From a bacterium (lineage in GTDB: Bacteria; Patescibacteriota; Minisyncoccia; Minisyncoccales; CG1-02-41-26): a DNA stretch of 64,000 nt. The stretch is taken from positions 79,807 through 143,806 of the forward strand of contig JAUVXX010000002.1 in assembly GCA_030603395.1 (NCBI GenBank). Reading direction: 5' to 3'. Made by a program: the position numbers and the translations under genes. Positions within the stretch are counted from its first letter, which is position 1; every line of letters starts with the position of its first letter. Under the pieces are notes generated by a model. The model was not told where the DNA came from, ran no database searches, and saw nothing but the letters and a program-made list of their open reading frames with translations. This document shows positions 40,453-49,197 of the stretch, piece after piece.

Positions 40453-41454
40453 TTATTTTCTGAATAGCTTAAAAAAGCCTAAAATTGAACCTAATCCATA
40501 ACCAATGTGGCGCGAAATAAAAACGACTGGCATTAAAAACAAAAACCTGAAATCTTTTTCTTTTTTAGCGATTACCAGAGAGAAACAAAGGTTGACAGAA
40601 AGATATAAAAAAATTATAGCCAGAAAAAGCAGAAAGAAAATTCTTGAAACAAAAGAGAGTACCCCAAAGCCAATTAAGATTGAAACAAACTTTAAGGGAA
40701 TTAGGTGTCTCCAGGAAAAAATTTTAATGCCGAACTTTAAAGGATAAATTGTCCAGATTCCGTCAGTAAAATTATGCCAGAAGAAATCTTTTAGATTGTC
40801 TGAGGGATAATAGAAAGCCGTGATATCCGGCACCAGAAGAATTTTCCCGCCCGCCTTCTTTAATCTTTTATTAAACTCAATATCTTGGGACCTGATTAGT
40901 TTCTCGTTAAAGAGCCCGATTTTCTTAAAAACCTCTTTTCTGTAGCAGCCCCCAAAAACAGTATCTACCTGTCTGGGCTTTTTAGAGCCAGTTCTGAAGT
41001 AAGAGGTACCTGCGCCAAAAGGATGGGCAAGAGAAATAGCAATGGCTTTAGCTACGGGACCACTTCGTTTTGGCAAAGTTTTTATTACCCCGCCCACATT
41101 ATCAGCCCTATATTCATTTAAATACCTGACGCACTTTGAAATATAATCTTTTTGGTAAGAAGCGTGAGCATCTATTCTTACGATAATCTCTCCCTTGGCT
41201 TTTTTTATACCAATGTTTAATCCAAAAGGGGTAAATCCTTGGGGATTTTCTAATAACTTAATAAAAAGATATTGCTTGATGTATCTTTTTACAATCTCCC
41301 CTGTCCTGTCTTTACTCATTCCATTAACAACTAAAATCTCCATCTTATTTTTTGGATAATCCTGTGAAATTAGAGAATCCAAACATTTCCCAATATATTT
41401 TTCCTCATCTCTACAGGGGATAATTATTGAAAGAAAAGGCAAATTGTTTGTCAT
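40453..41454 (-). CDS. family 2 glycosyltransferase with C-terminal TM helices
   Basis: LSIIIPCRDEEKYIGKCLDSLISQDYP...ILVVNGMSKDRT...RIDAHA gives the GT-A DxD-type core. Two to three C-terminal TM helices follow. Confidence 0.85.
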   Translation of the reverse strand: MTNNLPFLSIIIPCRDEEKYIGKCLDSLISQDYPKNKMEILVVNGMSKDRTGEIVKRYIKQYLFIKLLENPQGFTPFGLNIGIKKAKGEIIVRIDAHASYQKDYISKCVRYLNEYRADNVGGVIKTLPKRSGPVAKAIAISLAHPFGAGTSYFRTGSKKPRQVDTVFGGCYRKEVFKKIGLFNEKLIRSQDIEFNKRLKKAGGKILLVPDITAFYYPSDNLKDFFWHNFTDGIWTIYPLKFGIKIFSWRHLIPLKFVSILIGFGVLSFVSRIFFLLFLAIIFLYLSVNLCFSLVIAKKEKDFRFLFLMPVVFISRHIGYGLGSILGFFKLFRK

Positions 41455-42734
41455 GTTAGAAATTGGGGCATTACTTTATTAAGATTACCCAGGGTGATTG
41501 TGCATAACGCTCTTGTGCCCGTGTGGGCAGAGTCAAAGCAGGCCATGGTTGCGTCTCTATTCCACCTGGGATGTAAATCACACATAAACAAATCTTCAAA
41601 TTTTGCACCGACATATTTACGCGGTGAATAGAGCTTGGCAAGATTGTACCGTTTCTTGTTCTTTGTATCGTACAATATCAGGTATCTGACACGAAACCTG
41701 TCCGGGTAGCTATCGGTGATAATCCATCTGCGGTCTTTTGAAAATGAAGGATGACCGTCAGAATTGAAAGAATCTTCGCCAATAATGGAAAACTCGTCCG
41801 TCCTGTCTTTGAAAAGATAATATTTGTCTCCGTGTTTTTCAGTCCTGGCGTAAGCCAGAATGTTTTCGTTATCTTGCCAGGCAACGTGAGAAACCATTCC
41901 TGAAGTTGGGAAAATAAAAATATTCTTGCCCTTCAAATCACAGGAGAGCATTCTGGTCCATTGTCGGTTGCTGCGTTGCTGCCAACGGTGGAAAAAAACG
42001 AATCTTTCGCCTGAAGGTGAAAACTGGCAATGGGTGAAGTAGTGAAATGCTCCAGCCATTGAGGGCTCTGGTTGAATTTTTGCAATATCAGCTACGGTAA
42101 AAATCAGCTGAGTTTGCCCTGAGGCAATATCAATGAGGCGGAGGCCATGTTTTGAAGGCAGCAGGCTCTCCTGCTCGGGATCAACGCCGTTGGCGTATCC
42201 GTATCCATGCGGGGAGCTGTGCAGGCGAGCAAAACTATAGCTTAATGCCTTTGCACCTCCGGGACTAATAGCCGCTACCGGTATAGAAAGTGTCAGTAGA
42301 AGTTCCCCCACTTTGTTAACGATTCGAGCAACGTGCCCCTTCCCATCGTAATCATTAAAGGCAATATTGCCTGAGCTGCCCACCCATTGGAGCATAGCAC
42401 CCTGGTGCCAGTTCCAAGCCCTGGTGCTTCCGACCCCCTTGAAATCTCGGTAATTCGGACCAGAAAAATATCCAACCTCAACAATGTCATTGGGTTCTGG
42501 CATCCGCAGAGGAACAGCAAAACGATGGGCCAGCAGCATTTGATTATCAGCAGACCAGGGACATTTGTCGTGAAAACCAAAGAAAAAATCCTCCCGAACC
42601 TCTATCCGGTAGGCGGACTGTGTCCGTTTAACCGGCACTAAGTCGCACATTCTTTGGTAAACATCCCTTATCCGTCTTTTTAGGCGCGGGTTATTTTTTA
42701 CTAAATTATAAATAAACAATTCTAACTTGTTCAT
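41451..42734 (-). CDS. hypothetical protein, possible beta-propeller fold; lies in a GC-rich patch
   Basis: 427 aa. Repeated segments such as FSPSGERFVFF, GHPSFSKDRRWIITDS and CDLHPRWNRD resemble TolB/oligogalacturonide-lyase-like propeller blades. I recognise no catalytic motif. Confidence 0.45.
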   Translation of the reverse strand: MNKLELFIYNLVKNNPRLKRRIRDVYQRMCDLVPVKRTQSAYRIEVREDFFFGFHDKCPWSADNQMLLAHRFAVPLRMPEPNDIVEVGYFSGPNYRDFKGVGSTRAWNWHQGAMLQWVGSSGNIAFNDYDGKGHVARIVNKVGELLLTLSIPVAAISPGGAKALSYSFARLHSSPHGYGYANGVDPEQESLLPSKHGLRLIDIASGQTQLIFTVADIAKIQPEPSMAGAFHYFTHCQFSPSGERFVFFHRWQQRSNRQWTRMLSCDLKGKNIFIFPTSGMVSHVAWQDNENILAYARTEKHGDKYYLFKDRTDEFSIIGEDSFNSDGHPSFSKDRRWIITDSYPDRFRVRYLILYDTKNKKRYNLAKLYSPRKYVGAKFEDLFMCDLHPRWNRDATMACFDSAHTGTRALCTITLGNLNKVMPQFLT

Positions 42735-42735
42735 A

Positions 42736-43626
42736 TTATTTTCTATAAAAACTTGACCCCCGATTCATAATTAATCTCATAAGTTTAATAAGCGGGGCAA
42801 AAAGCCAATACATTCCAGAGTAGGTAACTAACCAACGATAGATGGTATAAACTAAACCTTTTTTTCTTTTTGTCAAGCCGTCTTTCCCTAGCTTGTAATC
42901 ACAATCACGAAGGGTAAAGAGATGAGGATAACCTCCAGCTAAGGCAAGATTACGCTTTGCTTCAACTCCGGTGTATATCCCTTTTTGTCCTCCTAAGTCG
43001 CTGGGATAATCATGATATTGATGGATAATAAAAACCTGCTCAGTAATATCTACAACTGGGATATTTTTGGTATGGGTATAGTAAAATAACCAATTATCAA
43101 AAATAGCCCTACCTAAGGTAAAAGGTGGTATCTCATCATAAACCTCTTTGGGAAACATAAAGATATCACTACCGGTATGACCTTGGCGTTCGCCATTTTT
43201 CTTTACATAGGATTTTATTTTTTCCTCCCAATCAGTTGAAAAGTCAATTAATTGAGAGATATCTACGTTCCACCTCCGACCTATTATAAGACATCTTGCT
43301 AAATGCTGACGAACAAATTGATGGGCTTTTAAAAAATCGTTTGTCAAAATAACATCCGATGTTATGTGACACAACCAATCATTGGAAGCTGCTTTTTTTG
43401 CCTCCCGAAAAATAGAGCTATATAATGGGGTTCCATATTCGTTCTTTTCAATCTCCGGGATGTGGCGAAGGTGAAGGTCATCGGCAATTTCTTTAGTGCC
43501 CTCCTCGTCTCCCATTAAAATAATCTCCGGTTTGGGACGGAGAAGCGTCCAGCTTTTAATGGCATTTGTCTGGATTATTCCTATATGTCCCTTGAATGGT
43601 TTTGGAACAGCGATTAGAGTTAGCAT
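42736..43626 (-). CDS. hypothetical protein, possible nucleotide-diphospho-sugar transferase; lies in a GC-rich patch
   Basis: 296 aa. The assignment rests only on its context in the glycan island and an N-terminal beta-alpha pattern (LIAVPKPFKGHIG...EIILMGDEEG...HITSDVIL). The functional call is weak. Confidence 0.4.
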   Translation of the reverse strand: MLTLIAVPKPFKGHIGIIQTNAIKSWTLLRPKPEIILMGDEEGTKEIADDLHLRHIPEIEKNEYGTPLYSSIFREAKKAASNDWLCHITSDVILTNDFLKAHQFVRQHLARCLIIGRRWNVDISQLIDFSTDWEEKIKSYVKKNGERQGHTGSDIFMFPKEVYDEIPPFTLGRAIFDNWLFYYTHTKNIPVVDITEQVFIIHQYHDYPSDLGGQKGIYTGVEAKRNLALAGGYPHLFTLRDCDYKLGKDGLTKRKKGLVYTIYRWLVTYSGMYWLFAPLIKLMRLIMNRGSSFYRK

Positions 43627-44948
43627 AAATGTTTTAGAAGCTCAATAATGTTTGAAAATCCTTCTGATTCTAATTTTGTTTTGGGTTTCTTCTGGTATTT
43701 ATTATCGCGGATTGACTCTAAAATATTAATAAACTTCTCTTCGGTATCAACATATTCAATCCCTTCAAAATCTTTATAATAATCTCCTAAAAACTCGTGG
43801 AGAAAATCTAAAGATAATATTGGTTTCTCCGGACGTTGCAGAGAAGCAGTAAAAAGAGCAGTACTGGCTGACAAAGGTAATTCTATGATAACATCAGCTA
43901 TGGCAATGTATTTATCTGCCGGCTCTTGAGGATTGACAACTTTAATATTTTTGGAAATCGTTTCTAAGCTTCCTTTTATTTTATTAATATCTTTAGTACC
44001 CGGATGAGGTTTTATATAAATTTTCCATCCCGAAAGCATTTCACTGATTAATTTGACGGTGGCAATCCAGTTTTTTTCTCTTTCTTCTGTTGGAATTAAA
44101 GAATAATCATTTTTTCTAAATCCAATTTCCGTGTCTATTGGCAGCATTAAACTCACAATTTTTGCATTTTCTTTATATTTTTTTAACTTATTCAAATATA
44201 TTCTTTCAAAAAACTCTTTATTCCGGGCTAAGGGATGAGATAAAATATATAATTTTTTAGCTGGCACTCCATCTCGGAGGAATATGTCATAATCTCTTTT
44301 TGAGAAAACAGTTTGATAATCAGCATCTCTCATTCCCGATTGACCTCTCCTTAATATATGACTTGACTTTCCAAAAAATGGTTTCTCTCCCACTATTAAG
44401 GGTAAGAGCCAATAATAAAGAAAGTGACCGAAATACTTTCTACATTTTACAAAAAAAAATCTTAACCAAAATGGCAGAAAAGAAGGGAATCTTAAATGGG
44501 CATTTATTAAATCCACCCGTCTTGCTTCTGCGACACTCTCTCCAATATTTGCAACCTGAACAGCGATCTTAAGAATATTTTTTCTTTTGGCAAACCTCAT
44601 TAGATATAATTCAAAAAGAGAATGCATATCACTTGAAGAAATTATAATATCTGGTTTATCTTGTTGCAGAACGTTTTTTGCTAATTTAAAAAGGTAGATA
44701 TTTTTGGCAAATAAGTTCATCTTCTTCCCGGTTAACTGTCGGACAGGTATAATCTTTTCTAATTTGGGAAACAATGTTCTATTTTTAAGAACTTTCTCTG
44801 TTTCTGAGTCTAACTTTTCAGAAAGCAATATTACCGGATAAACTTGGGAAACCTCACAAAGATACCCAATTAAAGTAGTCCGAAACGTCCTGGGAAGAGG
44901 TGCATAAAAGAGGACCTTTTTTATTTTTGAATGGCTTTTCTCTGTCAT
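43620..44948 (-). CDS. hypothetical protein, possibly a GT-B-like / HP-motif capsule-type or sialyltransferase-like enzyme
   Basis: 442 aa. An N-terminal Rossmann-like KKVLFYAPLP..PDIIISSSD is followed by a C-terminal half with IYIKPHPGTKD, an HP motif of the kind seen in KpsS/KpsC and several sialyltransferase families. The assignment is tentative. Confidence 0.35.
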   Translation of the reverse strand: MTEKSHSKIKKVLFYAPLPRTFRTTLIGYLCEVSQVYPVILLSEKLDSETEKVLKNRTLFPKLEKIIPVRQLTGKKMNLFAKNIYLFKLAKNVLQQDKPDIIISSSDMHSLFELYLMRFAKRKNILKIAVQVANIGESVAEARRVDLINAHLRFPSFLPFWLRFFFVKCRKYFGHFLYYWLLPLIVGEKPFFGKSSHILRRGQSGMRDADYQTVFSKRDYDIFLRDGVPAKKLYILSHPLARNKEFFERIYLNKLKKYKENAKIVSLMLPIDTEIGFRKNDYSLIPTEEREKNWIATVKLISEMLSGWKIYIKPHPGTKDINKIKGSLETISKNIKVVNPQEPADKYIAIADVIIELPLSASTALFTASLQRPEKPILSLDFLHEFLGDYYKDFEGIEYVDTEEKFINILESIRDNKYQKKPKTKLESEGFSNIIELLKHLC

Positions 44949-44956
44949 TTTTAAAT

Positions 44957-46423
44957 TTATTCTCTTTTGAATCTATCTATTATATTATCTAAACTATTGG
45001 AGATATAATTAATTTCTTTTTCTGTTAAATTATTGTAAAAAGGCAAGGCAATGGTCAGGCCTGAGACTTTTTCTGTTAGCGGAAAACTTCCTTTTTTATA
45101 ACCAAACATCTTTACGTAAAATGGCTCTAAATGGATGGGTGGGAAGTAATCCCGGCAATTAATTCCCCTTGCCCTTAATTCTTTTATAATTTGGTCTCGG
45201 TCTTCCTTCAAAAATCGTTTATCATCAAGTCGTATAACATAAACAAACCAGCTCATTTTTACATTAGGAGCAATATAAGGAATTTTTATTCCCTCTATTT
45301 TACTTAACCTCTCATTGTAGAAATTAGCTACCCTCTGTCGTTTTTCAAGCATCTCATCAATCCTCTTCATTTGGACCACTCCTAAAGCCGCGCTCAATTC
45401 GCTCATTCGATAATTGTATCCCAATCTTGAATGAGATAGCCAGGCATCACCTTCATCTCTTCCCTGATTTCGCATACTCTGGCATAACTTTGCTATTTTT
45501 TCATCATTAGTAACAACCATTCCTCCTTCAGCGGTAACAATCTGTTTGTTTGGATAAAAGGCGAAGACGCCTAGACTGCCCAAAGAGCCGCACTTTTTTC
45601 CCTTGTGTTCTGAACCAAGAGCCTCAGCTGAATCTTCAATTAAATAAAGTTTGTATTTTTTAGCGATTCTTTCCAACTCGTCCCAATCAGCCGGATGACC
45701 AAAGATATCGACCACTAAGATAGCTTTGGTTTTTTTAGTAATTTTTTCTTCTATTTTATTAACATCAATACATAAAGTATTCTTATCTATATCAACGAAA
45801 ACCGGTTTTGCTCTTTCAAATAAAATACAGTTGGCTGAAGCAATAAAGCTAAAAGGGCTGGTAATTACCTCATCTCCATCTTTGATATCTAAACTCCTTA
45901 TACATAAATGAAGCCCGCTTGTTCCACTATTTACGGCTATGGCATATTTTGTTCCAGTATAATTAGCTATTTTTTCTTCAAATTCTTTAATTTTAGGTCC
46001 AATGCTCAGAAAAGGCGTAGATAGAACCTGATTTATCGCCTCTATCTCCTTATGGGTAATATCAGGGCTGGAAAGGGGAATAGTTCTTAATTCTGAAAGT
46101 AAAGCAATGTCTATCAAAATTCCTTCATTATCTATTATTGGAATTCCTCGAATGTCTTTCTTGAGCATTATTTCTAATAACTCTGTGGCTGGAGTACTTT
46201 TTGGAGCTGTAATCGGATTGATAGTCATTATTTTTTTAATTGGGGTATTAAAATCTTTACCAGACAATAAAGCCCGACGGATATCTCCATCGGTCGCTAC
46301 TCCAAGAAGTTTTTTATTTTCATTAACAATAAAAACTATTCTGATGCCAGATTTATTAATACGTTCCATCGTTTCCCGAATAGTACTGGATTCTATAACT
46401 ATGACTGAATCAATTTTATTCAT
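44957..46423 (-). CDS. CBS-pair domain fused to a DegT/PseC/LegC-type sugar aminotransferase
   Basis: Residues 1-115 form two CBS motifs (LLGVATDGDIRRAL...; GIPIIDNEGILIDIA). The remainder is DegT family (AVNSGTSGLHL, LIEDSAEALGSEHKGKKCGSLG, FAFYPNKQIVTAEGGMVVT). Confidence 0.8.
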   Translation of the reverse strand: MNKIDSVIVIESSTIRETMERINKSGIRIVFIVNENKKLLGVATDGDIRRALLSGKDFNTPIKKIMTINPITAPKSTPATELLEIMLKKDIRGIPIIDNEGILIDIALLSELRTIPLSSPDITHKEIEAINQVLSTPFLSIGPKIKEFEEKIANYTGTKYAIAVNSGTSGLHLCIRSLDIKDGDEVITSPFSFIASANCILFERAKPVFVDIDKNTLCIDVNKIEEKITKKTKAILVVDIFGHPADWDELERIAKKYKLYLIEDSAEALGSEHKGKKCGSLGSLGVFAFYPNKQIVTAEGGMVVTNDEKIAKLCQSMRNQGRDEGDAWLSHSRLGYNYRMSELSAALGVVQMKRIDEMLEKRQRVANFYNERLSKIEGIKIPYIAPNVKMSWFVYVIRLDDKRFLKEDRDQIIKELRARGINCRDYFPPIHLEPFYVKMFGYKKGSFPLTEKVSGLTIALPFYNNLTEKEINYISNSLDNIIDRFKRE

Positions 46424-46835
46424 ATTTTTTAATATCTTTTTTGCTTAATTTTCTGATTAATTTTACTGGTATTCCCAAAGCCAAGGTATTTTTAGGAATG
46501 TCTCTATTGACAAAACTAAAGGCCCCCACAATAGAATTTTCTCCAACAGTCACCCCCGGCATTACCAACGAATGAGAACCTATTTTACAATTCTTTTTTA
46601 GAACTACTTTTCCTTTTTTATCATCAATGGTGGAAACAGAATAAATGGAACAATGGGAGCCCAATTGTACATAATCTTCAATTATCACCCCTTCCTTAGC
46701 ATTAATATAGGTGAAAGCACCGATGTCGGTTTTGTAGCCCAATTTAAGGTTCTCCTTATTTTTAACCAGCCAGTTATATTTTGTCAACTTTCCCTCTTCA
46801 ATTTTTGGATACTTCCAATTTTTAAATCTCGTCAT
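46416..46835 (-). CDS. hexapeptide-repeat (left-handed beta-helix) acetyltransferase
   Basis: 139 aa. IGAFTYIN..., VQLGSHCSI, CKIGSHSLVMPGVTVGENSIVGAFSFV are LbH repeats, as in PglD/PseH/NeuD/WbbJ-type sugar N/O-acetyltransferases. Confidence 0.8.
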   Translation of the reverse strand: MTRFKNWKYPKIEEGKLTKYNWLVKNKENLKLGYKTDIGAFTYINAKEGVIIEDYVQLGSHCSIYSVSTIDDKKGKVVLKKNCKIGSHSLVMPGVTVGENSIVGAFSFVNRDIPKNTLALGIPVKLIRKLSKKDIKKYE

Positions 46836-46868
46836 ATTTTGTAATTTTTTATTTGTTTGATTTCAACC

Positions 46869-46897
46869 TTGACTTTTAATGTATTTTATTTTATAAT
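46869..46897 (+). promoter_or_regulatory. near-consensus sigma70-type promoter (-35 TTGACT, 17 nt, -10 TATAAT) for the DMT transporter gene
   Basis: TTGACTtttaatgtattttatttTATAAT. An AAAGGAAG Shine-Dalgarno-like sequence lies 6 nt before the ATG at 46950. Confidence 0.6.
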
Positions 46898-46949
46898 CTA
46901 AATTAGTTTCTTTAATAAAAACTTTAAAATGAAATGAAAGGAAGAAAAG

Positions 46950-47822
46950 ATGACTTGGCAAATCGCTTTAGGAGTATTGTTAGTTATCAATATTGGCAGT
47001 GTGATTCTTTCAAAACTTGCCAGCGACGCGCTACCAGAGAAGTCAAAGGGAATATTTTGGCTGTATCTGTTTAGCGCCTGCATAGTGGTTCTCTGGTTCG
47101 GTTTTTCCGGAAAGGAGTTTGGTGTCGGAGTAGCGGTTTTTCTGATGATAATTGCTATTGGATTCATAAACGGCTTTGGCAACTACTGTATGTGGAAAGC
47201 ATTTGGAGAAAGTTTAAGTAAAAGTGTATTATTCTTTCCCTTAATGGAGGTCTGTGCTATTGGACTAGCAGTGTTTTTCCTTGGGGAATTTCAGCTCTGG
47301 AATCAGCAATTGCTACTGGGGGCTATTTTATGCTTTGCCGCAATATGGATTTTCCGTTTTACCTGCAGTAGATCTGCAAAAAAGGGCAAGGCAAGCAAGA
47401 TATGGCTGTTTTCTATTCTGGGAATGGTCATTGTCGGAGGACTGACTACCTTTCTAGTGCAAGTTTGCTCTTTTACTATCCCAAAAGGAACATTTCTAAT
47501 GGGATGGTATATTGGCTCTTTCTTGAGTACGCCTGTCCTACTGAAACTTGAAAAGGCAAATCCTTTTCAAAAAATCTCCAAAAAAACTGTTTTGCTTTGT
47601 CTGGTAACGGCGGTGGCCATCGTTGGAGCTCTCGGAGCTCTGTACTGGACCTACCAGTTAGGAGGTCCAGCAAGTTCGGTCCTGCCCATCAAGGGATTAG
47701 CCATCACCATTATTCCAGTAATCATTGGCTGGTTAATCCTTAAAGAAAGGAGATTATCAAAAACAGAGTGGCTGGGATTTGTGGTCGGGCTTATCGGGGC
47801 GATACTGATTTTGCTTCGCTAA
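46950..47822 (+). CDS. EamA/DMT superfamily transporter (about 10 TM helices)
   Basis: 290 aa that is hydrophobic throughout, with an internal two-fold repeat of five helices. The C-terminal GFVVGLIGAILILL is typical of EamA domains. It is the second of the two plus-strand genes. Confidence 0.7.
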   Translation: MTWQIALGVLLVINIGSVILSKLASDALPEKSKGIFWLYLFSACIVVLWFGFSGKEFGVGVAVFLMIIAIGFINGFGNYCMWKAFGESLSKSVLFFPLMEVCAIGLAVFFLGEFQLWNQQLLLGAILCFAAIWIFRFTCSRSAKKGKASKIWLFSILGMVIVGGLTTFLVQVCSFTIPKGTFLMGWYIGSFLSTPVLLKLEKANPFQKISKKTVLLCLVTAVAIVGALGALYWTYQLGGPASSVLPIKGLAITIIPVIIGWLILKERRLSKTEWLGFVVGLIGAILILLR

Positions 47823-47857
47823 GTTAACAAGATAAGAACATCATAAACAGGAACGTC

Positions 47858-47893
47858 GGGGAGTAAAAGACAATTTTGCTCCCCTCTTCTTTT
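47858..47893 (+). terminator. rho-independent terminator after the DMT gene
   Basis: GGGGAGTAAAA-gacaa-TTTTGCTCCCC followed by TCTTCTTTT. Confidence 0.65.
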
Positions 47894-47905
47894 GCGCAGA
47901 ATTCT

Positions 47906-49057
47906 TTATTGATAACTGATTTGTTTTTGTAATAATTTTTTATCTATTTTTATTTCACTTAAGATGTTGGCGATCCTTGGACCTGTCTTACCGTCTCCGT
48001 AAGGATTTTTACATCTTTTTACCTTTTGTCCAAATTTTTTATCATAAAGCGCTTTCTTAATCGCTCTTTTTATCTGCTCTTTGCTAAAACCTACATCAAT
48101 TACATTGGCTACTCTCTCTCTTCCTTTCTGTCTTTGGCCAATATTTACCGTTGGCAAATTAAATGAGGGTGCTTCTATTATTCCCGAGCTTGAGTTACCC
48201 ACTAAGACGCTCACTATTCTCATCAAACTCAAGTAATCTTTATGAGGGACATTTTTATAAATTTGGATAAAGGGATATTTTCTATATCGTTCAATAACTT
48301 TTATCATTCTTCTACCACCCGCATCAGAATTCGGATAAATGATAATTGTCTGGCAGCCAAGTTCTTTTACTGCTTTCATTGTTTCTCTCATCTGTTTCCC
48401 GGCATCTTCAACCTCTGTTGTTACCGGATGTTGGAGTACCAATAAAATTGGTTTGTATAAATCCAATTTATATTTTTTTGCTGTATTTTTTTTAGAAAAT
48501 AATCTTTCACCTAAAATACTGTCTAAACCCGGGGCACCCACTACAAATACTCGCTGTTTATCCTCGCCCATTCTTATTATCCTTTCGGCTGATTTTTTTG
48601 TGGCTGGAAAGTGAATGTGAGACAGCTTGGTTATGGCGTGTCGAGCAAATTCATCAACGGTAGAGGTAATATCCCCGCCGTGGCTGTGAGCAACTGGAAT
48701 TGTCAAATATGCTCCCACTATTGCTCCTGATAACATCTCTGCTCTATCTCCTTCTATCAAAATAATGTCGGGTTTTATGCGTTTAATAACTCTGGTAAGC
48801 TTTAAGGTAAATTCTCCAATAAAATTAGACATTGATTCTTTGTTGTCTCTTTTATATATTGCCTTTATCTTATGAACTTTAAAATTATCTTTTTTTATCT
48901 CGCTTATGGTCTTACCAAATTCAGACATTAGGTGCATTCCAGTGACCACTATTTCTAACTTTAATTTCGGATGCCTGTTAATGCAGAATAAAGTCTTCCT
49001 CATTAAACCATATTCTGCTCTTGTGCCCGATATGTATAAAATTTTTCTTTTTTTCAT
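47906..49057 (-). CDS. neuC: UDP-N-acetylglucosamine 2-epimerase (hydrolysing), NeuC/LegG type
   Basis: 383 aa. It has ILYISGTRAEYGLM, GDRAEMLSGAIVGAYLTIPVAHSHGGD, HFPATKKSAERIIRMGE and GNSSSGIIEAPSF. Confidence 0.85.
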   Translation of the reverse strand: MKKRKILYISGTRAEYGLMRKTLFCINRHPKLKLEIVVTGMHLMSEFGKTISEIKKDNFKVHKIKAIYKRDNKESMSNFIGEFTLKLTRVIKRIKPDIILIEGDRAEMLSGAIVGAYLTIPVAHSHGGDITSTVDEFARHAITKLSHIHFPATKKSAERIIRMGEDKQRVFVVGAPGLDSILGERLFSKKNTAKKYKLDLYKPILLVLQHPVTTEVEDAGKQMRETMKAVKELGCQTIIIYPNSDAGGRRMIKVIERYRKYPFIQIYKNVPHKDYLSLMRIVSVLVGNSSSGIIEAPSFNLPTVNIGQRQKGRERVANVIDVGFSKEQIKRAIKKALYDKKFGQKVKRCKNPYGDGKTGPRIANILSEIKIDKKLLQKQISYQ

Positions 49058-49197
49058 ATCTTATCCCAAGTAATTAACTCGTCTTTTTTAATATCTTCCT
49101 TAGCAACTTTGCCAAAAACTTTTTCAAGGTATTTGGGCTTAAGTCCTGTCCCCGGTCTTTTAATGACCAACATCTTTTCTTTTATGGTGGCTCCTTT
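49054..49197 (-). pseudogene. C-terminal SAF-domain segment of the NeuB-family synthase, displaced into another frame
   Basis: The frame after the A5 run reads KGATIKEKMLVIKRPGTGLKPKYLEKVFGKVAKEDIKKDELITWDKI*. This is the canonical NeuB/PseI SAF-domain end, and it terminates in the ATGA overlap with neuC (stop 49054-49056, neuC ATG 49055-49057). Confidence 0.75.
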
